Assembly: GCA_044870295.1 (NCBI GenBank)
Contig: JBIOYQ010000021.1
Location: 1-53,064, forward strand
Origin: Actinomycetota bacterium
GTDB lineage: Bacteria > Actinomycetota > UBA4738
Length of the DNA stretch: 53,064 nucleotides
Direction: 5' to 3'
In this document: in pieces, positions 31,944 through 39,763 of the stretch
Position numbering within the stretch: position 1 is the first letter of the stretch
How the letters are laid out: every line of letters starts with the position of its first letter
Notes under the pieces: model-generated
Databases searched by the model: none
Seen by the model: the letters and a program-made list of their open reading frames with translations, nothing else
What the model was told of the DNA's origin: nothing
Position numbers and translations under genes: made by a program

Positions 31944-32152
31944 CGCGCCAGTCTGCGCGCTGTGTCCTCGTCCGATGCCGCTGCTTGCCTGCGCCGGGTT
32001 GCCCAGAGGATCAGGACCAGGCTCACCACGAGGATGGCGACGATCCCCAGGACCCATAGCACAGGAACCCACAGAGGCGTGGTGACCACGTCATGGCATG
32101 GGGCGTTCGGGTGCTTGGGGTCGAACGCGCATGCCGCGAGGATTGACCACAT
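31940..32152 (-). CDS. hypothetical small membrane protein (one TM helix followed by a basic stretch)
   Basis: ORF with PLWVPVLWVLGIVAILVVSLVLILWATRRRQ. Its third positions are G+C-rich and no alternative gene covers the interval. There is no recognisable homology, and the start (ATG 32152 or ATG 32173) is uncertain. Confidence 0.3.
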
Positions 32153-32192
32153 CGAGGGACCTATTCTGCACATCGTGGACCGGACTCAAGCA

Positions 32193-33122
32193 ATGATCGG
32201 GGACCGGGCGGTCGGATGCGTTCTCGGGCTGGCGCTGGGCGACGCGCTTGGAGCTCCGTTGGAAGGCCTGCGCGCCAATGGGATTCCGCATCCCGTTCCG
32301 ATCTTCGAGTTGCCGTGGGGATCGTTCCCCCCGGGCACGACCACGGACGACACGGCCCTGGCGCGCAACCTGATCAGAAGCCTGGTCGCGAAGCGCGGCT
32401 TCGACCCCGACGACCTGATCGCTCGACATCTGGAGTGGTACGCCAACGACCGGCGAGGGATCGGATCGACGACGCGACGGGTCCTTCAACGGCTTTTCGA
32501 GGGCGGGAGGGTCGAAGAGGTCTCGAAGTCGGTGTGGGAAGAGCGCGGGCCGGAGGTGTCCGCCGGGAACGGTTCCGTCATGTACTGCGCGCCGCTCGGG
32601 GCGGCGTATGCGAACGTCCCGAGCGAGCTCCCAGAGCTGGCGCCGCGGCTGTCAGCGTTGACGCATTACGACCCTCGTTGTCGAACCGCGGTACTGGCGG
32701 TGACGCTCGCCGTGGCTGCGCTGGTTCGCGGGGAGCCGGCGGACGCGGCGGTCGGCGCAGCGCTCCAGACGGTGATCGACCGCGAGGGAGGCGAGGAGCT
32801 GGAGTTCCTGGTCGGCGCCGTCGGCCAGTCGCGGCCGATCGACGGCCCCGACATGGGCTTCTGCCTCTTCACCGCGGCCGCGGGACTGCAGGCGGTCACC
32901 CGGCACACCGACTTCGACGTCGGGGTGCTCGCGGTCATGGAGCTGGGCGGCGATACCGACACCAACGGGGCGGTGGCCGGCGCGCTCCTCGGAGCGGCCA
33001 TCGGCCGGGAACGGCTGCCTTGGTTGGATCGCCTTCAGGAACGCTATGCCATCGAAGCCGAGGCCGTCTCGCTGGCGGGATTGGCTGTGGCCGGGCCCGC
33101 GGAATCGTCACATCCGAGCTAG
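32193..33122 (+). CDS. ADP-ribosylglycohydrolase family protein (DraG/ARH-like)
   Basis: ATG 32193 (GTG 32175 is an alternative). GCVLGLALGDALGAPLEG, TTDDTALA and the C-terminal metal site ELGGDTDTNGAVAGALLGA. Confidence 0.85.
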   Translation: MIGDRAVGCVLGLALGDALGAPLEGLRANGIPHPVPIFELPWGSFPPGTTTDDTALARNLIRSLVAKRGFDPDDLIARHLEWYANDRRGIGSTTRRVLQRLFEGGRVEEVSKSVWEERGPEVSAGNGSVMYCAPLGAAYANVPSELPELAPRLSALTHYDPRCRTAVLAVTLAVAALVRGEPADAAVGAALQTVIDREGGEELEFLVGAVGQSRPIDGPDMGFCLFTAAAGLQAVTRHTDFDVGVLAVMELGGDTDTNGAVAGALLGAAIGRERLPWLDRLQERYAIEAEAVSLAGLAVAGPAESSHPS

Positions 33123-33175
33123 GCAGATCGCCGGGGATAGGCCTACACTGGCAGCACGACCCAGGAGGCGAGCAC

Positions 33176-33376
33176 ATGGCAGGTCTTGGTCTCCCCGAAC
33201 TGCTGTTGATCCTCGGCATCGTCCTGTTGCTGTTCGGCTCGAGGAAGCTCCCCGAGCTGGCCAAGTCACTCGGCAAGGCCCAGCGCGAGTTCAAGAAGGG
33301 CATCCGCGAGCAGGACGAGGAGCCGGCGGCTCCGGCGACTCCCGCTTCCACCGCGGACAAGCCCGCCGAGAGCTAA
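33176..33376 (+). CDS. tatA: twin-arginine translocase subunit TatA/E
   Basis: ATG 33176 follows CAGGAGG. MAGLGLPELLLILGIVLLLFGSRKLPELAKSLGKAQREFKKG plus an acidic/proline-rich tail. 66 aa. Confidence 0.9.
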   Translation: MAGLGLPELLLILGIVLLLFGSRKLPELAKSLGKAQREFKKGIREQDEEPAAPATPASTADKPAES

Positions 33377-33822
33377 GGACCCTCTCCCTCCGCCGGCCCA
33401 CTCACGGCCCGGCGGGCGATCGTCCCGAGCACCCCGTTCACGAACCTGCCCGAGTCCTCCGTGGACAGCTCGTTCGCCAGGTGCACCGCCTCGCTGATGG
33501 CCACCGCCGTCGGCACGCCCGCGTGAAGCTCCTGGCACGCCACCCGAAGGATGGTCCGGTCGATGACCGGCATGCGGTGCACCGCCCAACCCTCTGAGCT
33601 CGATCCGATCAGCCCGTCGATCTCCCCGAGACGCTCCGCCACCCCCGAGACCAGCTCGACCGTGTAGTCCGGGACGGCTCGGCCGGCGGCGCGCCACTCC
33701 TCGAGCACGGACAGGGGCTCGCGGCCCATGAGATCGGCCTGATACAGGAGATCGACGGCCTGTCGCCGGGCGGTTCTCCGGCGACGATGCCCCGTGCTAC
33801 TTCTCCCGGGTGATGTACTCAC
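33373..33822 (-). CDS. nusB: transcription antitermination factor NusB
   Basis: 149 aa: RRQAVDLLYQADL, IDRTILRVACQEL, EAVHLANELSTEDSGRFVNGVLG. It converges on tatA with a 4-nt overlap. Confidence 0.9.
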   Translation of the reverse strand: MSTSPGRSSTGHRRRRTARRQAVDLLYQADLMGREPLSVLEEWRAAGRAVPDYTVELVSGVAERLGEIDGLIGSSSEGWAVHRMPVIDRTILRVACQELHAGVPTAVAISEAVHLANELSTEDSGRFVNGVLGTIARRAVSGPAEGEGP

Positions 33823-34360
33823 CGGTCCGGGTGTCGACCTTGATCGCGTCGCCCTCTTCCACGAACAGCGGCACGTTGACCACCAGACCGGTCTCCAGCG
33901 TCGCCGGTTTCAGGGCGCCGCTGACCCGATCTCCCCGGACGCCGGGATCGGTCTTCGCCACGCGCAGGACGACGGAGGCCGTCAGGTCCACGCCGATGGC
34001 GTTCCCCTGGTGCATGGCCACCACCGCGGTGGCCCCCTCTGTCAGGTACCCGGCCAGGTCGCCCACCACGGTCTCGGGCACGTGGTGCTGGTCGTAGGTC
34101 TCGGTGTCCATGAAGACGAGGTCCTGACCGTCGCGATAGAGGAACTGCATGTCCTTGCGCTCCACGATGGCCAGGCCCACGTCCACACCGGCGTTGAACG
34201 TCCGGTCCACCACGCCCCCCGTCTTCAGGTTGCGGAGCTTCGTCCTGACGAACGCCCCGCCCTTCCCGGGCTTGACGTGCTGGAACTCGATGATCTGGAA
34301 GAGCGTTCCGTCCAGGTCCAGGGTCATCCCGCGCTTCAAGTCGTTGGTGTTGACGCTCAC
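33797..34360 (-). CDS. efp: elongation factor P
   Basis: 187 aa: NDLKRGMTLDLDGTLFQIIEFQHVKPGKGGAFVRTKLRNLKTG. Confidence 0.96.
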   Translation of the reverse strand: MSVNTNDLKRGMTLDLDGTLFQIIEFQHVKPGKGGAFVRTKLRNLKTGGVVDRTFNAGVDVGLAIVERKDMQFLYRDGQDLVFMDTETYDQHHVPETVVGDLAGYLTEGATAVVAMHQGNAIGVDLTASVVLRVAKTDPGVRGDRVSGALKPATLETGLVVNVPLFVEEGDAIKVDTRTGEYITREK

Positions 34361-34373
34361 AGCAACTCCCCGG

Positions 34374-35441
34374 TCACAGGACGATCAGCTCCTTCGGGGT
34401 CCGGGGCAGCACACGACCGCCGTCGGCCGTGACCTCGACCATGTCCTCGATCCGGACTCCGCCTTCCCCCTCCACATACACGCCCGGCTCGACGGTGACG
34501 ACGGTGCCGGCCGGCAACACGTCGGCGCTGCCCTGCCGGAGCCATGGCTGCTCGTGGATCTCCAGGCCGACCCCATGTCCAACGGAGTGGCGGTACTGCT
34601 CGCCGTACCCGGCCTCGCGGATGGGGTCTCGGGTGGCCCGGTCGACCTCGCCGCACGTCGCCCCGGCCCGTACGGCATGGACGCCGGCCTGCTGCGCCTC
34701 ACGGACCAACTCGTAGACCTCCCGCAGCCGGCCCGAGGGCTCGCCGAAGGCCAGCGTCCGGGTCATGTCGGAGTGGTACCCATGGACCACGCACCCGAAG
34801 TCCACCTTGACCAGGTCTCCGGTCGACAAGGCTCGGTCGGTCGGATGGTGATGGGGCTCGGCGCTGTTCTCGCCGAACGCGACGATCGTGTCGAACGCCA
34901 CCGCGTCGGCGCCGAGCGCCCGCAACGAGACGTCGAGATCGAGGGCCACCTGGCGCTCGGTCACGCCCTCGATCAGCTTGCCCACCAGCACCTCGAACGC
35001 CTGGTCGGCGATGGCCTGCGCCGCGGCCAGCGCGGCGCGCTCCTCCGGATCCTTCTCGCGACGCAGCCGTTCGACCTCCTCGGTGGTCGGGATCAGCTCG
35101 ACGCCCGTCTCGGTCAGCTGGCGATACGTGTGGTAGGTGACACCGGCCGACTCGAAGGCGACCCGGGACGCGCCCAGCTCCGAGCACGCCTCGGCGAACC
35201 GCGGAGCGAACTCGCCCGTGTAGGCGCTCCGTCGCAGATCGGGGACCTCGTGACGCGACTGCTCGACATACCGGCCGTCGGTGAGGAAGGTGCCGCCGGC
35301 GGCGGTGAGAAGGAGCTGCCCGTTCGAACCGGTGAATCCACTGAGGTAGCGGACGTTGGGGAGCCTGGTCACCAGGAGCGCCTCGGCGCCCAGCTCGGTG
35401 AGACGGGAGGTCAAGCGATCGCGTCGCGCGGCATGGTCCAC
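34374..35441 (-). CDS. pepQ: M24-family Xaa-Pro aminopeptidase/dipeptidase
   Basis: VKVDFGCVVHGYHSDMTRT, HSVGHGVGLEIHEQP, VEPGVYVEGEGGVRIED. I prefer GTG 35441 (VDHAARRDRLTS...) because the track's TTG 35462 lies inside the T-tract of the upstream terminator. Confidence 0.88.
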   Translation of the reverse strand: MDHAARRDRLTSRLTELGAEALLVTRLPNVRYLSGFTGSNGQLLLTAAGGTFLTDGRYVEQSRHEVPDLRRSAYTGEFAPRFAEACSELGASRVAFESAGVTYHTYRQLTETGVELIPTTEEVERLRREKDPEERAALAAAQAIADQAFEVLVGKLIEGVTERQVALDLDVSLRALGADAVAFDTIVAFGENSAEPHHHPTDRALSTGDLVKVDFGCVVHGYHSDMTRTLAFGEPSGRLREVYELVREAQQAGVHAVRAGATCGEVDRATRDPIREAGYGEQYRHSVGHGVGLEIHEQPWLRQGSADVLPAGTVVTVEPGVYVEGEGGVRIEDMVEVTADGGRVLPRTPKELIVL

Positions 35442-35460
35442 GGACGGGGATGATACGGCC

Positions 35461-35495
35461 AAAAGAACGGGGCGGCCCCGAATCGGGGCCGCCCC
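35461..35495 (-). terminator. intrinsic terminator closing the pil locus
   Basis: Perfect 12-bp inverted repeat ggggcggccccg / cggggccgcccc (35469-35495) with a 3-nt spacer. On the minus strand it is followed by gTTCTTTT. It lies 62 nt after the stop of the last pil gene. Confidence 0.7.
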
Positions 35496-35556
35496 ACCGG
35501 CGGCCGCTCCCCCCGTCGCGGACGCCGGAACCTACGCTGCCGGTACTAGATGGCCG

Positions 35557-36087
35557 CTACTTGTTCGCGGTTTCACACAGAGTGAAGGATTCACTCTGGA
35601 AAGAGAAATCCGCGCAGGAGCCGCTGATCGAGTTCAAGGTGAAGTCGCCGGCGAAGCTATCGCCTGGTGAGACCGTGTAGACGGTCCCGTCGACCTCCAC
35701 CTGCGCTTGATCCGTTCCGTTGTCGGTGAAGATGTCGATCAGCACGATGGTCTGCCCGTTGAAGGTGGAGCTGGACCCTCCGCTCGGTCCCGAGGACGGC
35801 GTGCCCGCGGGCGCGACGGTGGATCCGGTGCTGGTGACGGGAGCCGGGGTCGTCGGGTTGCAGCAGAACGGGTCACGGCCGGAGAAGACCAGCACCCTCT
35901 TGTGCTTGCCCGTCGGGCTGGGAGAGGGTGCCGGGGCCGGCAGGACGCCGCTCTGGTCCAGGGAGGTCTGGGGGCTGGCCACCGGAGACGAGCCCTTGCG
36001 GACGAACAGGAAGAACGCCGCGACAGCCAGGACCGCTACGGCACCCAGGATGATCCAGGCGCGTCGGTCGCGAGATGACATGGGCAT
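35557..36087 (-). CDS. membrane-anchored protein in the PilP position (PilP-like, tentative)
   Basis: 176 aa. N-terminal TM (AWIILGAVAVLAVAAFFLFV), a Pro/Ser/Thr-rich linker, and a C-terminal beta-rich region of about 70 aa (GQTIVLIDIFTDNGTDQAQVEVDGTVYTVSPGDSFAGDFTLNSI). It starts 4 nt after the pilO stop. Confidence 0.6.
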   Translation of the reverse strand: MPMSSRDRRAWIILGAVAVLAVAAFFLFVRKGSSPVASPQTSLDQSGVLPAPAPSPSPTGKHKRVLVFSGRDPFCCNPTTPAPVTSTGSTVAPAGTPSSGPSGGSSSTFNGQTIVLIDIFTDNGTDQAQVEVDGTVYTVSPGDSFAGDFTLNSISGSCADFSFQSESFTLCETANK

Positions 36088-36090
36088 CGA

Positions 36091-36711
36091 CTAGGCCTCC
36101 GTGGGTGACGGCGCCGGCGTCGGCACGACGGCCGGTGCTTGCTCTTCAGCGCCACCCGGGATGGAGCCCGGGCCCGCGCTGGGATCGGTGGTGAAGAAGT
36201 TCGCCGTGATCGACATCTGGAGCTGCGGCGGCGAGATGGTCTGGTCCAGGGGCGTGACCGTCACGTCCATGACCTTCGACACCCTCGCCAGGTTCTCCAG
36301 CAGGTACAGGTAGTGGTCCAGGGCGAAGAAGGATCCCTTGATGGTGATCTGGATCGGGATCACGCTGATCTGGCCGGAGGCCGTCGGGGCGGCCGGAGCG
36401 AGGGACGCGAAGTCCACGGCCGACTTGTCCGCGGTGCTGTTGAGCGAGCGGATCAGCCCGGGCAGGTCGGCCTCTGGCGGGATCTGGGTCTGCAGCTTGG
36501 CCAGCCGCTTCCGATCCTTCGGGGCGTCCTTCGCCGCTGCCTGGAGCTGACTGAGCTGGAGCTGCAGTTCGTCCTGCTTCGCCACGGCCGCGTCGACGTC
36601 CTTCTGCTTGGAGCGGACCTGCGAGGCCTTCGGCGTGATGAGGCCGACCAGCATGGCCAGGGCCACCGCGACGCCGACCAGGGCCGCTATCAGGGCGGGC
36701 TTCTTGTTCAT
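36091..36711 (-). CDS. pilO: type IV pilus assembly protein PilO
   Basis: ATG 36711 overlaps the pilN stop (ATGA). N-terminal TM, a coiled coil, then IPPEADLPGLIRSLN...IPIQITIKGSFFALDHYLYLLENLARV, which is PilO-like. Confidence 0.8.
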   Translation of the reverse strand: MNKKPALIAALVGVAVALAMLVGLITPKASQVRSKQKDVDAAVAKQDELQLQLSQLQAAAKDAPKDRKRLAKLQTQIPPEADLPGLIRSLNSTADKSAVDFASLAPAAPTASGQISVIPIQITIKGSFFALDHYLYLLENLARVSKVMDVTVTPLDQTISPPQLQMSITANFFTTDPSAGPGSIPGGAEEQAPAVVPTPAPSPTEA

Positions 36712-37391
36712 CGCGGTCCTCCCTGGAGCGTCGCTTCGTTGGTCAGGTCCAAGGACCCGGTCCACTCGATCGTCGTCTCGCCGTTGAGGTCGAACTCCGT
36801 GGCGATGCTGATCCACGGGTTCGCCCACCCGGTCACGTGCTCGACCCTGGTCAGCCACTGGGCCACCGAGGGGTGATCCTCGGCGAATCCCTGGAACTGG
36901 ATGGTGCCGACCAGCGCCGGCCCCACCGGTGCCACGGGCGCCGCCGGGATTGGGGTGGCCCCCGGGCTGGGGGTGGCGCCGGGCTCCGCGGGAGCAGGAG
37001 CCACCGGAACCGCCTCGATCGGCGTGCTCAGAGTGCCTTGCATCCCGCTCAGCCAGACCTTGTCGGGGATGACCATGGAGACGTCCCGGAGGACGCCCGA
37101 CCACAGGACCTCGCCGTCCATGGCCGAGGCGATGAGGGCCTCGCGGGCGGCCACCTGGGCCTTCAGCTGCGCGAACGGTGACAGCTCGTCGATCTGGGAC
37201 TGGACGTCGGCGTTGGTCGCCTCCTGCGCCTGCAGCTTGTGGCTGGCATCGGAGAGCTTGGCGGCCTCCAGCACGTACACGACGAACAGCAGGGCCACCA
37301 CGGCGCCGACGGCCAGGATCACGGCCGCGGTGAGGCGGCGGGTGAGCTGACGTTCCTTGACGTCGCCTGGGAGAAGGTTTACCTGAGTCAT
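36708..37391 (-). CDS. pilN: type IV pilus assembly protein PilN
   Basis: MTQVNLLPGDVKERQ (the conserved PilM-binding INLLP-type N-terminus), a TM helix and a coiled coil. It overlaps the pilM stop. Confidence 0.85.
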   Translation of the reverse strand: MTQVNLLPGDVKERQLTRRLTAAVILAVGAVVALLFVVYVLEAAKLSDASHKLQAQEATNADVQSQIDELSPFAQLKAQVAAREALIASAMDGEVLWSGVLRDVSMVIPDKVWLSGMQGTLSTPIEAVPVAPAPAEPGATPSPGATPIPAAPVAPVGPALVGTIQFQGFAEDHPSVAQWLTRVEHVTGWANPWISIATEFDLNGETTIEWTGSLDLTNEATLQGGPR

Positions 37392-38449
37392 CCACGCACC
37401 CCCGGGAGGGCCAGTCCAACGGCCACCGCGAGCAGGGGCTCGGTCTCAGCCGCGGCTTCCTCGTTCAGATCGAGCGACGGGGACACCCGATGGAACGGAT
37501 GCCCTTCGGACACGGGCACCGGCAGCCGTTCGGCCAGCAGGCGCTGAAGGCCTGGCAGCTTGGATCCGCCGCCGGTCAACAGGACGCGGCCGATCCGGGC
37601 TCCCGGCATCTGTGACTGGTAGAAGTCGAGGGACGACCGGATGTCGTCGGCGAAGGTGGCGGCGCGGGAGAGACCGGCCTTCTCGGCCTGCTCGACCCGA
37701 TCGCCGTGCCCGCCTTCGTGTGCGCCGCGCTTGAGAGACTCTGCCTCGTCGTCCGGCACGCCCAGCGCGCGGGCCACTGCCGTGGTCACGTCGTGGCCTC
37801 CGGACGGGAGGATCCTCACGAAGCGGGGGACGCCCCACGCGTGCACGCAGATGCTGGTCACATCTGCCCCGATCTCCACGATGGCCTCGTCTCCACCGCC
37901 GCTCTCGTCCAGCCCCATGCCGTCGATGGAGCCGACGGAGCGGACGATGGCGAAGGGAACGAGGTCCAGGCCGACCGGGCGAAGCTTGGCCATCTCGGCC
38001 GCCGCGACGATCTGCTGGATCATGCTCTTCTGGGCGGCGACCAGGAGGATGCGAACCATCCGCCGGTCCTCCCGCTCGAACTCCTCGAGAATGTGGAAGT
38101 CCAGCACGGCCTCTTCGACCGGAATGGGGACGAACTCCTGGACCTGGAACGGGAGAGACTCGCGCAGCTCCTTGTCGGCGAGCCACGGCAGGGAGACCTC
38201 GCGGACGACGACTCGCTGGTTGGCCACGCCGAGGACGACGTCCCGCGTACGGAACTTTCCCCGTCGCCACAGCTCGCGGAGGGCGTCGGCGACGGCCGCG
38301 GGGTCGCGAACCTCGCCGCTGCCGACCGCGCCTTCGGCCATGGGGACCTGCGCCACCCGAACCAGCTGCGGCGGGATGCTGCGCATGGAGAGCTCGGCGG
38401 CGCGAACGCCCGTCGATCCGATATCCACCCCGACCCGTACCTGCGGCAT
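37388..38449 (-). CDS. pilM: type IV pilus assembly ATPase-fold protein PilM
   Basis: 353 aa with an actin/FtsA-like fold: VGVDIGSTGVRAAEL, VVLGVANQRVVVREVSLP, VLLTGGGSKLPGL. Confidence 0.92.
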   Translation of the reverse strand: MPQVRVGVDIGSTGVRAAELSMRSIPPQLVRVAQVPMAEGAVGSGEVRDPAAVADALRELWRRGKFRTRDVVLGVANQRVVVREVSLPWLADKELRESLPFQVQEFVPIPVEEAVLDFHILEEFEREDRRMVRILLVAAQKSMIQQIVAAAEMAKLRPVGLDLVPFAIVRSVGSIDGMGLDESGGGDEAIVEIGADVTSICVHAWGVPRFVRILPSGGHDVTTAVARALGVPDDEAESLKRGAHEGGHGDRVEQAEKAGLSRAATFADDIRSSLDFYQSQMPGARIGRVLLTGGGSKLPGLQRLLAERLPVPVSEGHPFHRVSPSLDLNEEAAAETEPLLAVAVGLALPGVRG

Positions 38450-38452
38450 GTC

Positions 38453-38638
38453 CTAGTTCCCTTCGGTCCGAACCGCTCGTTCCTGTAGGTACCGATCCAC
38501 GTCCGATTCCCGGATCCGATAGTTCTTGCCGACCCGGACGGCGGCCAGCTGTCCGCTCTTGATCAGCCGGTACACCGTCATGTTCGAGACCCGCATCGTT
38601 CCAGCCACCTCAGCTACCGTGAGCAGCCGGTCGCCCAC
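38453..38638 (-). CDS. small excisionase-family (Xis/BldC-like) helix-turn-helix DNA-binding protein
   Basis: LLTVAEVAGTMRVSNMTVYRLIKSGQLAAVRVGKNYRIRESDVDRYL. I favour GTG 38638, 6 nt after GGAGG (61 aa); the track start is GTG 38659 (68 aa). The stop lies 3 nt before the pilM start. Confidence 0.8.
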   Translation of the reverse strand: MGDRLLTVAEVAGTMRVSNMTVYRLIKSGQLAAVRVGKNYRIRESDVDRYLQERAVRTEGN

Positions 38639-38759
38639 AAACGGCCTCCGCCTGCCCACCTCTCACAACTCCAACTCTTGCAACACATGCCACATCTGCC
38701 ACAGTCGCAACACCACCATCGTCCTCCTCATCCCTTAACAGGAACCACAAGGGAATCGG

Positions 38760-38788
38760 AGTTAACACCTGTGATCTGGGCATGTCAA
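38760..38788 (-). promoter_or_regulatory. candidate promoter for the HTH-pilMNO unit (TTGACA-17 nt-TTAACT)
   Basis: The minus strand reads cgTTGACAtgcccagatcacaggtgTTAACTcc, inside a visibly lower-G+C intergenic region of about 280 bp (38660-38943). Confidence 0.3.
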
Positions 38789-38943
38789 CGATCTAGTTTT
38801 CGACCACCACCGAGTGAACTTGAACGAATGGCGAGGGAAATCGCCTGCTCATCCCCCAAATGGTTCGAGACGTTCGCCAACTCCTACCGACCATCAGGTA
38901 GCCGACGAGACTGGGGGCGGTTAGGTCGACCGGGGAGGGTCGA

Positions 38944-39720
38944 CTACCGGAGGAAGCTGGTGTACCAGCGGACCACCGGAGGAGCCAGGAAGGCCGCCCA
39001 GACGGCTCCGCCGGCCAGATACGGGCCGAAGGGGACGGTCTGCTTGCGGGTGGCACGGGTGAATGCCAGCAGGGCCACCGCCCCCAATCCCCCGGCCAGG
39101 ATCGCCACGGCGGCCGCCACGGCCACGTAGGACAGACCGAAGGCTCCGAGGACCAGGCCGATCAACGCCGCGAGCTTCACGTCGCCCATCCCCATGCCGT
39201 GCGGCGCGATCAGCGCCACCAGGAACAGTCCCCCTCCATAGGCGAAGAACCCGATCGCCGCCCGGAGCAGGCTGATGGGTTCCCCGGCCAGGACACCCAC
39301 CGCCAGGATGACCGGGAAGGCCAGCAGGCTCGGATAGAGGATCCGGTTGGGCACGATGCGGTGCTCGAGGTCGATCACGGCGACCGCCACCAGGACGGAG
39401 AAGAACAGGGCCAGCACGGCGGTGGCGAAGAGGCTGTCGAACTTGATCGCGGCCGCGGCGAACAGCGCGGCGGTCACCAGCTCGATCAGGAGGTATCTGG
39501 CCGAGATGCTGGCCCCGCACGCCCTGCAGCGGCCACGGAGGAGGAGATACGAGACGATCGGGACGTTGTCTCTGGCTCGGATGAGAGCACCACAGTTCGG
39601 GCAGGCCGACCGCGGCGCGACGATCGATCGACGCGCGGGGACCCGGTGGACCACCACCGTCAGGAACGACCCGAAGGCCAGGCCGAACGCGACGAAGGCG
39701 AGCACGCGCAGGACGACCAT
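38944..39720 (-). CDS. pilD: prepilin peptidase / N-methyltransferase (A24 family)
   Basis: 258 aa, polytopic. N-terminal CPNCG...CRACG zinc motif, and GMGDVKL and GPYLA aspartyl-protease motifs. Confidence 0.93.
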   Translation of the reverse strand: MVVLRVLAFVAFGLAFGSFLTVVVHRVPARRSIVAPRSACPNCGALIRARDNVPIVSYLLLRGRCRACGASISARYLLIELVTAALFAAAAIKFDSLFATAVLALFFSVLVAVAVIDLEHRIVPNRILYPSLLAFPVILAVGVLAGEPISLLRAAIGFFAYGGGLFLVALIAPHGMGMGDVKLAALIGLVLGAFGLSYVAVAAAVAILAGGLGAVALLAFTRATRKQTVPFGPYLAGGAVWAAFLAPPVVRWYTSFLR

Positions 39721-39763
39721 GGTGGAAGCCTACGCGTGCCCGCCGACGCTGATCCAGATCGGG

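Noticed and set aside
38453-38659. Excisionase-family gene as a marker of a prophage or integrative element.
   Set aside because: There is no integrase, recombinase, phage gene, tRNA target or flanking direct repeat in the window. The gene is embedded 3 nt upstream of pilM in the same orientation.
38921-38946. Hairpin formed by two SalI-type palindromes (GGTCGACC-gggga-GGGTCGAC) at the pilD stop, considered as a possible terminator.
   Set aside because: The stem is only about 6 bp, overlaps the stop codon and has no U-tract, so it is too weak to call.
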